DNA of 30,960 nucleotides from Gemmatimonadaceae bacterium (lineage in GTDB: Bacteria > Gemmatimonadota > Gemmatimonadetes > Gemmatimonadales > Gemmatimonadaceae): assembly GCA_043762555.1 (NCBI GenBank), contig JAYUMO010000088.1:1-30960 (forward strand). Direction: 5' to 3'. Shown in pieces: positions 8,458 to 17,124 of this stretch (position 1 is its first letter; the number at the start of each line of letters is the position of its first letter). The notes under the pieces were generated by a model. The model saw nothing but the letters and a program-made list of their open reading frames with translations. It did no database searches and was not told the origin of the DNA. Both the position numbers and the translations under genes were made by a program.

Positions 8458-8498
8458 CGAACACTCTCCGCGATAGAGCTTGGAATTCGGAGGGAGCG

Positions 8499-9488
8499 TT
8501 ACCCTCCCGCCTTCGCTCTCTTCACCGCTTCCGTGAGCACCGGCAGGATCTCCAGCACGTCGCCCACTATCCCGTAGTCGGCAATGGCGAAGATGGGTGC
8601 TTCCTTGTCCTTGTTGATCGCGACGATCGTCTTCGCGGTGCGCATTCCCGCCATGTGCTGGATCGCGCCAGAGATCCCGCAGGCCACATAGAGCTCGGGA
8701 CTCACTTGCCGCCCGGTCTGGCCGATCTGGTCGGTGTGCGGACGCCAGCCGTCGTCGGTCACGGCGCGTGTGGCGCCGACGGCGGCGTTCCCGAATGCGG
8801 CGGCGAGATCCTCCACCAGTTTGAAATTCTCCGCGGCGCGGAGCCCGCGGCCGCCGCTCACCACCACCGGCGCGTCACCCACGTCGAGCTTGGCGGTCGA
8901 TGCCTGCACCATCTCCTTCACCAGCACGCGCCCCTGTGATGGATCGAGCGCCGGCGCCGCGGTCTCGACGCGCGCCCCCTTCGCATTCGGCGCCGGCGTG
9001 ATCGCGCCGGGATGGAGCGTCACCACGGCGGGCGTGCTCGTGAGCCGCAGCGTGGCGATGATCTTCCCCGCGTACCCGGGATGACGCACGACGAACGCGT
9101 CGCTCTCGAGCGCGAAACTCGTGACGTCGCTCGCCATCGAGACGCCCAGCTGAGCCGCGACGCGCGGCGCGAGGTCCTTCCCCTGCGCGCTCGCCGAGAG
9201 GACCGCGGCGCGATAGGAGCCGCCCTTCACGCGAGCCGTCACCGTAGCCGCAAATGCCTCGGCGTTGTACCGGTCGAGCGCCGCGTGCTCGACGACGATC
9301 ACCACGTCCGCGCCGTACTTTCCGAGCTCGGCCGCGACCGACGACACCCCCGGCGCCCCCACGAGCATCGCGTGCACCTCACCGCCGCCGGTGGCGTCGG
9401 CGATCGCGCGCGCCGCGGTCACCGCCTCGAATGCCACGCGCCGCAACGCGCCGCCACGCGTCTCCGCGAAGGCGAAGACGTTCGCCAC
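8499..9488 (-). CDS. etfA: Electron transfer flavoprotein subunit alpha
   Basis: VVSGGRGL, VGATRAVTDDGW, QIGQTGRQVSPELYVACGISGAIQHMAGM, IVAINKDKEAPIF, ADYGIVGD. Confidence 0.96.
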   Translation of the reverse strand: MANVFAFAETRGGALRRVAFEAVTAARAIADATGGGEVHAMLVGAPGVSSVAAELGKYGADVVIVVEHAALDRYNAEAFAATVTARVKGGSYRAAVLSASAQGKDLAPRVAAQLGVSMASDVTSFALESDAFVVRHPGYAGKIIATLRLTSTPAVVTLHPGAITPAPNAKGARVETAAPALDPSQGRVLVKEMVQASTAKLDVGDAPVVVSGGRGLRAAENFKLVEDLAAAFGNAAVGATRAVTDDGWRPHTDQIGQTGRQVSPELYVACGISGAIQHMAGMRTAKTIVAINKDKEAPIFAIADYGIVGDVLEILPVLTEAVKRAKAGG

Positions 9489-10240
9489 TAGAGCACCTTC
9501 GCTTCGTCGCGGAGCAACCGCACCAGCTCCGGCACCGCCGACGGCCCCTCGCCGATGATGCGCCCGGCTTTCCGCTCGGGAGGCAACTCCATCTTGGCCA
9601 CGGTGAGGTGCACGGCGCCGAGTTGCGCCGGCTTCACGAGGAGCGGCTTCTTCTTCGCCACCATGATCCCCTTGAGCGCCGGATAGCGCGGCCGCGCGAC
9701 CCCTTCGTCGATGGTGACCACCGCCGGCAGCGCGACCTCCACGATCTCCGCCGCGCCCTCGAGCTCGCGCCGCACCGTCACCTTGCCGCCGCCGACCTCC
9801 AGCTTCGACACCGACGTCACGCAGGGCAGGCCGAGCAGCTCCGCGGTCATCGCGCCCACGGTGCTGTGCTGTGTGTCCATCGCCATTCGACCGAAGAGGA
9901 TGAGGTCGTAGGTTCCGCCCTTGAGCTCCGCCGCCAGCGCAGTCGCGATCGCGAAGCCATCGGCGGGCACGACGTCGGCCTTGAGCTGGACCGCGTGCCC
10001 AGCGCCCATGCTCATCGCTTTGCGCAGCGTCTCCTGCACGGCGTCGGGGCCGAGCGCGATGACGACCGTCTCGCCGGGACCCTGCTTCTCATTCAGCTGC
10101 AGCGCCGCCTCGACGGCGTACCCGTCGAAATCGCTCATGTCGAATTTGAGGCCGGCCTCGTCCACCGACTTGCCGTCCGCCGCGACCTTGAAGCGGGACT
10201 CCATGTCGGGGGCGCGCTTGATACAGACGGCGATCTTCAT
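9488..10240 (-). CDS. etfB: Electron transfer flavoprotein subunit beta
   Basis: MKIAVCIKRAPD, DGYAVEAALQL, ALGP, MGAGHA, DLILFGRMAMD, VRRELEG, PRYPALKGIMVAKKKP. Overlaps the etfA start by 1 nt. Confidence 0.96.
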   Translation of the reverse strand: MKIAVCIKRAPDMESRFKVAADGKSVDEAGLKFDMSDFDGYAVEAALQLNEKQGPGETVVIALGPDAVQETLRKAMSMGAGHAVQLKADVVPADGFAIATALAAELKGGTYDLILFGRMAMDTQHSTVGAMTAELLGLPCVTSVSKLEVGGGKVTVRRELEGAAEIVEVALPAVVTIDEGVARPRYPALKGIMVAKKKPLLVKPAQLGAVHLTVAKMELPPERKAGRIIGEGPSAVPELVRLLRDEAKVL

Positions 10241-10257
10241 GAAACGGCTCGGAAAGG

Positions 10258-10359
10258 CTCGGGACTGGGGACTTGGGACTCGGGAGTTGCTGGGTGATAG
10301 GAAAAGCGGTGCAACGGCCCTTCCCCCTCTCTACTCTCTGCCGAGTCCCGAGTCCCGAC
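10258..10359. repeat. Second heptamer-based inverted repeat (CTNGGGA x4 ... TCCCGAG-like x3)
   Basis: ctcggga-ctgggga-cttggga-ctcggga at 10258-10285 and tgccgag-tcccgag-tcccgac at 10339-10359, between the acyl-CoA dehydrogenase stop and the etfB start. Confidence 0.75.
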
Positions 10360-10362
10360 GAC

Positions 10363-11535
10363 TTACTCGAACGCATTCAGCCCCGTGATCGCCTGCCCCA
10401 GCACGAGGGAGTGAATGTCATGCGTCCCCTCGTACGTATAGACCGATTCGAGGTTGGCCATGTGCCGCATGGAGGCGTACTCGGCGAGAATGCCATTCGC
10501 CCCGAGCAGCCGGCGCGCTTCACGCGCGATGTCCGTCGCGATCGACACATTGTTCCGCTTCGCGAGCGACACCTGCTGTGGCGTGAAGGTGCCGGCGTCC
10601 TTCATCCGGCCGAGGTGCAACACCACGAGCTGCCCCTTCACGATCTCGGTGAGCATGTCCGCGAGCCGCACCTGCTGGATCTGGAAGCCGCCGATCGGCC
10701 TCCCGAACATCACGCGGTTCTTCGCGTAGCTCGTCGCCTCCTCGAAGCAGGCCATCGCCGCGCCGAGGGCGCCCCACGCGATGCCGTAGCGCGCTTGCGT
10801 CAAACACATGAGCGGACTCTTGAGCCCGTCGCTCTTCGGCAGGATCGCGTCGGCCGGCAGGTGCACATCCTGCATCACCAGCTCGCTCGTGTCCGAGGCG
10901 CGCAGCGAGAGTTTTCCCTTCTGATCCTTCGCGCTGAAGCCCTTCGTGTCCGTCGGCACGAGGAAGCCGCGAATCGACTTCTCATGTTTGTCGCCGTTCG
11001 TCTTCGCCCACACAATGGCCGCCTTCGCCTGGCTACCGTTGGTGATCCACATCTTCGCGCCGTTCAGGATCCAGGAGCCGTCCTTCTGCTCCTTCGCCAT
11101 CGTGATCATCCCTGACGGGTTCGATCCGTAGTCGGGCTCGGTGAGTCCGAAGCAGCCGACCACCTCGCCGCTCGCCATCTTTGGCAGCCACGTCTTCTTC
11201 TGCGCGTCGCTGCCGAAGGCGTAGATGGGGTACATCACGAGCGCACCCTGCACGCTCGCGAAGCTCCGGATCCCGGAGTCGCCGCGCTCGAGCTCCTGCA
11301 TGATCAGCCCATACGCCACGCTGTTGAGCCCCGCGCACCCGTATTCCTCTGGGAGATTCGCGCCGAGCACGCCTAGCTCGGCCATCTCGGGGATCAGCTC
11401 CTTGGGAAAGCGTCCTTCCACGTAGCACTTGCCGATGATCGGGAGTACGCGCTCGTCCACGAAGCGGCGCACGGAGTCGCGCACGGCGCGCTCCTCTTCC
11501 GACAGCACGGAGTCGATGTTGTAGAAATCTTGCAT
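10363..11535 (-). CDS. gcdH: Acyl-CoA dehydrogenase, glutaryl-CoA dehydrogenase type
   Basis: YGLIMQELERGDSGIRSFASVQGALVMYPIYAFGS, GCFGLTEPDYGSNP, LNGAKMWITNG, ARYGIAWG, KRNN, NLESVYTYEGTHDIH. These are GCDH-like signatures; the substrate is inferred. Confidence 0.8.
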   Translation of the reverse strand: MQDFYNIDSVLSEEERAVRDSVRRFVDERVLPIIGKCYVEGRFPKELIPEMAELGVLGANLPEEYGCAGLNSVAYGLIMQELERGDSGIRSFASVQGALVMYPIYAFGSDAQKKTWLPKMASGEVVGCFGLTEPDYGSNPSGMITMAKEQKDGSWILNGAKMWITNGSQAKAAIVWAKTNGDKHEKSIRGFLVPTDTKGFSAKDQKGKLSLRASDTSELVMQDVHLPADAILPKSDGLKSPLMCLTQARYGIAWGALGAAMACFEEATSYAKNRVMFGRPIGGFQIQQVRLADMLTEIVKGQLVVLHLGRMKDAGTFTPQQVSLAKRNNVSIATDIAREARRLLGANGILAEYASMRHMANLESVYTYEGTHDIHSLVLGQAITGLNAFE

Positions 11536-11547
11536 AGGCGAGGGAAG

Positions 11548-12273
11548 TTAGCGGTAACTCAGGATCGATTGAAGGGGCGAACTGCCGGTCTCGGCCTCGG
11601 CCTCGGCAGCGAGTGGGCGCTGGACCTGCCGAGCCTTGGCGCGGAAGCGGTGTCGATGGTCCAAGGGCATTCCATTTTCCGATTGCCACTGGTGGATCAT
11701 CTCATGCAAGAGCGTGTCGACGACGGCTTGCCAGCCGTCGCGGCGCAGATGGCGGCGGCTGAGGGCGATGTGGGCGGGATCGGAGGCGGTGGCGGGGGCG
11801 TAGTGGCCGAGCCGGGAGCGCATCCGGTCGCTCAGGCGGATCGTGACCGACGAGAGGGTGGAGGCGAAGTGACGAGCATTGAGGTCGAGGTGGCTCTGCG
11901 CGAGCTTCGCGATGATCCGCGCGTCGCGTTCGCTCAAAGGCAGCGCACGCGGGGCGCGGCGAGGGCGTCGGAGGTCGGCGGGCACGGGGTGGGCGAGAAT
12001 GACGCGGCGGGCGAGCGCGCGAGCGGCGCGGGTGCGCCCCTGCACCAGACGGACGATCGCCTCGTGCAGCTCGCGGGGCGCATCGAGGTAGGCGCGGTGC
12101 ACGCGCAGCTCACCGTCGCGAAAGCTCACCATCACCGTTCGATTCGAAGTGAGCCGCACGCGGTGCGCGTCGCGCAGACCGATGGCGCGGAGCCGCGCCA
12201 GGAATTCATCGGCGTCGCGCGGTGCTGGCTCGAGCGCGAATTCGAGCTGGCGCAGCGACGCCGATGCACTCAT
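11548..12273 (-). CDS. SprT-like zinc metalloprotease domain protein
   Basis: ATGA overlap at 12270-12273. IRLSDRMRSRLGHY...DTLLHEMIHQWQ...LDHRHRF gives HExxH plus a downstream His in SprT-like context. Confidence 0.8.
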   Translation of the reverse strand: MSASASLRQLEFALEPAPRDADEFLARLRAIGLRDAHRVRLTSNRTVMVSFRDGELRVHRAYLDAPRELHEAIVRLVQGRTRAARALARRVILAHPVPADLRRPRRAPRALPLSERDARIIAKLAQSHLDLNARHFASTLSSVTIRLSDRMRSRLGHYAPATASDPAHIALSRRHLRRDGWQAVVDTLLHEMIHQWQSENGMPLDHRHRFRAKARQVQRPLAAEAEAETGSSPLQSILSYR

Positions 12274-13091
12274 CGCGCGAACCGCTGCACCGGCCCCTCC
12301 GCGAACGCCTGCGCGGAGGGGGACCAGATGCGCGTGTGCACCACGACCTCGGCCGGCGTCAAGGTGATCACGTTCACCGAGCTCGGCCGCTTGCCGCGCG
12401 AGCGGTTGCTCACCGTGCCCGCGGTGGAGATCACCGTGCCGCGCTCCGTGTGCTCCACGTAGTGAATCGCTTCTTGGTGATCGTGTCCGCAGAGCACCAA
12501 GTCCACGTGCAGATCCGCGAAGGCGTCGAGTGCGCGTCGGCTGTTCGCGAGCCCGTGACGGCGCGAGAGCTCCCCCTTGAGCGGATTGTGGTGGATCACG
12601 ATGATGCGCGCATCCCCCGGCGGCGATGCGGCGAAGACCGTGCGCGCCCACTCGATCTGCGACGGCCGCAGGTCGCCGACGATGCCGATGTCGCGCGGGT
12701 TCCAGGTGAGTGTGTGCGCGCGCACGCCGTGCGCGGTATTCAGCCCCACGAGCGTCGCGCCGCTCACGTGCAGCACCGGCTCGAGATCCGGACCGATGAA
12801 CGCGCGGTACGACGCGTACACCGCGCGCACCGAGCCGACGCCCAGCGGCGCACGCCACCACTTCACATCGTGGTTCCCGGGGACGATGATCACGCGCGAC
12901 ACCCGTGCCGCGTCGTCCAGGAAGGCGCGCCCCCGCCGCAGCTCGCGCGGCCGCGCGCGCTGGCTGATGTCGCCGCTCACCGCCACGACGTCGAAGCGCT
13001 CCCGCTGGATCATCGCCTCGATGGCGGCGATCTGCTGCGGGACCGACGGTCTCCCGAAATGCAGATCGGAGACGTGCAGGATCGAGGTCAC
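12270..13091 (-). CDS. Calcineurin-like metallophosphoesterase
   Basis: GTGA overlap at 13088-13091. Motifs HVSDLHFG, VSGDISQ, VPGNHD, VIHHNP, LCGHDH. Confidence 0.9.
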   Translation of the reverse strand: MTSILHVSDLHFGRPSVPQQIAAIEAMIQRERFDVVAVSGDISQRARPRELRRGRAFLDDAARVSRVIIVPGNHDVKWWRAPLGVGSVRAVYASYRAFIGPDLEPVLHVSGATLVGLNTAHGVRAHTLTWNPRDIGIVGDLRPSQIEWARTVFAASPPGDARIIVIHHNPLKGELSRRHGLANSRRALDAFADLHVDLVLCGHDHQEAIHYVEHTERGTVISTAGTVSNRSRGKRPSSVNVITLTPAEVVVHTRIWSPSAQAFAEGPVQRFAR

Positions 13092-14104
13092 GCCAATCGT
13101 GCGATGATCGCGTCCGCGAACTGCGAGGTGGTGGCCGTACCGTCCAGGTCGCGCGTGACGGACTTGCGCTCGCGCACCGTGCGCTCGAAGGCGGTACGGA
13201 TACGCTGCGCCCGCGCGCCGTCCCCCGCGTGCTCGAGCATCAGGCACGCCGCGAGGATCAGCGCGCCGGGGTTCGCCGCGCCCCGTCCCGCGATGTCCGG
13301 CGCGGTGCCGTGCACGGCCTCGAAGATCGCCACCCGCTCGCCGATGTTCGCCCCCGGCGCGAGGCCGAGTCCGCCGACGAGCCCTGAGATCTCGTCCGAC
13401 AGGATGTCGCCGAAGAGGTTCGTGGTGACGATCACATCGAACCGCTCGGGGTGCATTACGAGCAACATCGCCGCCGCGTCGATGATCCGCTCATCGAAGG
13501 CGACGCGCCCCTCGTACTCCTTCGCGATCTTCCGCCCGCTGTCCAGGAAGAGTCCCTGCGAGAGCTTGAGGATGTTCGCCTTGTGCACGAGCGTCACCTT
13601 CTTCCGCGCGTGGCGCACGGCGTACTCGAAGGCGTAGCGCACGATGCGCTCGGAGCCGATCCGCGTGACGATCGCCGACGATTCCGCCACCGCGCGATCA
13701 TCATCGCCCACCTTTACGTAGTGCTCGACGCCGCTGTACAGCCCCTCGGTGTTCTCGCGCACGAGCACGATGTCCACGTTCTCGAAGCGGCCCCCGGGCT
13801 GGATCGTGTGTGACGGCCGAAGATTCGCGTAGAGATCGAAGCGGCGGCGGAGCTCGACGGTCACGCTGCGGTACCCGCCCCCCACCGGCGTCTCGAGCGG
13901 CCCCTTGAGCGCGAGCTTGGTGCGCGCGATCGACTCGAGCGTCGCATCGGGGATCGGGGAGCCATGGACGGCGAGGGCCGCCAGCCCCGCGAGCTGCCGG
14001 TCCCATTCGATCTCGGCGCCCGCCGCGCTCAGAATGCTGACGGTGGCCTCGGTGATCTCCGGGCCGATCCCGTCGCCCGGGATCAGCGTGACGGCAATGC
14101 TCAT
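13088..14104 (-). CDS. Isocitrate/isopropylmalate dehydrogenase family protein (NAD-type isocitrate dehydrogenase-like)
   Basis: [68 protein letters not shown]...NP. Confidence 0.88.
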   Translation of the reverse strand: MSIAVTLIPGDGIGPEITEATVSILSAAGAEIEWDRQLAGLAALAVHGSPIPDATLESIARTKLALKGPLETPVGGGYRSVTVELRRRFDLYANLRPSHTIQPGGRFENVDIVLVRENTEGLYSGVEHYVKVGDDDRAVAESSAIVTRIGSERIVRYAFEYAVRHARKKVTLVHKANILKLSQGLFLDSGRKIAKEYEGRVAFDERIIDAAAMLLVMHPERFDVIVTTNLFGDILSDEISGLVGGLGLAPGANIGERVAIFEAVHGTAPDIAGRGAANPGALILAACLMLEHAGDGARAQRIRTAFERTVRERKSVTRDLDGTATTSQFADAIIARLA

Positions 14105-14120
14105 TGGGGGCGCGCCCGCG

Positions 14121-14771
14121 CTAGCGCGGCGCGGCGAAGAGGTTCGCGAGATGCTCGGCGAGACTCGTCAGCAGTGCCGGCGTGAACTTCTCCTCGACGT
14201 CGCTGTAGACATCGGCCATCCAGTAGGTCTTGAGACGCCGCGGGTCGATGACCGCGGCGCGGAGCGTGGCCTGACCGCCGATCCCGCCCGGCCCGCGCAC
14301 GAAGCGGATCTCGATCGGGAAGAGCACGTACTCCGCCTTGTCGTTCAGCGCGAGGATCGAGCGCAACTGCCCCGCCAGCGGATCGGGAAGGTACGGCAGC
14401 ACCTTGGGCGGACCCGGATAGCGGAGGAAGTCCGCCGCGAGGTGATGCGGGTCCGCCATGTAATCCTCGTTCCGCCGGTACTCCTTCGGCAGGCGGTCCG
14501 ACATCACCCACGGACCCTTCAGGCCGCGGTCGGTGAGCGCGAAGGTGAGCTCGGCGTCGAAGCTCGCGAGAAACTCCGTGACGTCCGGGATCTGCGCCGC
14601 CCAGCCGAGCGAGTCGCCCTGGAGCACGTACTCCGCGGGCAGGACGATGAGCTTCCGCCCGGTCATCACCGCGAGCGGCGCGTGCCCCTCCGGAAGGGGC
14701 GCCTCTTGTTGGGCGCGCGCGGGGAGCACGAGCGCGGCGAGCGTCACGGCGATCAGCGGAAAGGACTTCAC
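14121..14771 (-). CDS. Hypothetical secreted protein (216 aa)
   Basis: GTG at 14771, signal peptide [20 protein letters not shown]|QQ, and GC3-biased codons like the neighbouring genes. No recognisable family. Confidence 0.7.
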   Translation of the reverse strand: MKSFPLIAVTLAALVLPARAQQEAPLPEGHAPLAVMTGRKLIVLPAEYVLQGDSLGWAAQIPDVTEFLASFDAELTFALTDRGLKGPWVMSDRLPKEYRRNEDYMADPHHLAADFLRYPGPPKVLPYLPDPLAGQLRSILALNDKAEYVLFPIEIRFVRGPGGIGGQATLRAAVIDPRRLKTYWMADVYSDVEEKFTPALLTSLAEHLANLFAAPR

Positions 14772-14873
14772 GGAACCATCCGAAAGGGCTCCGCGAAAGC
14801 TAGCGGCGCACCCTGGACGCGACAATCGGCGACCGCTCTTGTCGCCGCTCTGCCGGGCGGGCATCTTCGCGCC

Positions 14874-16913
<2,040 letters not shown>

Positions 16914-16927
16914 CCAAAGATCAAAGG

Positions 16928-17101
16928 CAACTGATTGCCGCGGATGACGCGGATCGGGAGCGGATCTCTCCGAGCGCATCCACGATCCGTCGTTGCCGTT
17001 CACATCTATCAAGTTTTTTGTGACAGCTCTCGCGCGACGGTACTCCGATCGCCATTCGGAACGATCCGCTCCCGATCCGCATCATCCGCGGAGATCAGTT
17101 G
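16928..17101. mobile_element. 174-bp non-coding element with 39-bp terminal inverted repeats (MITE-like)
   Basis: 16928-16966 caactgattgccgcggatgacgcggatcgggagcggatc matches the reverse complement of 17063-17101 at 36 of 39 positions. The 96-bp interior has an AT-rich centre. No transposase or clear target-site duplication is visible, so mobility is inferred. Confidence 0.6.
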
Positions 17102-17124
17102 ACCTTGGCCCAACTCGACCCACC

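Noticed and set aside
10295-10335. Cobalamin riboswitch-like string (aggaaaagcggtgcaa...ccccc)
   Set aside because: It lacks the pairing partner after GCGGTGCAA and the GCAACTGT B12-box context, and it lies on the strand opposite the flanking genes.
13905-14873. Long N-terminal extensions in the ORF track (cstA from 13905, moeA from 3363, oxidoreductase from 8464, S9 from 16993, SprT from 12861)
   Set aside because: They overlap other genes or repeats, and homology-like sequence begins only at the downstream starts given in the features.
17000-17023. CRP-like site upstream of the peptidase (TCACA...TGTGA)
   Set aside because: The half-sites are in the wrong order with a 14-nt spacer (CRP is TGTGA-N6-TCACA). 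They are better explained as part of the element's hairpin.
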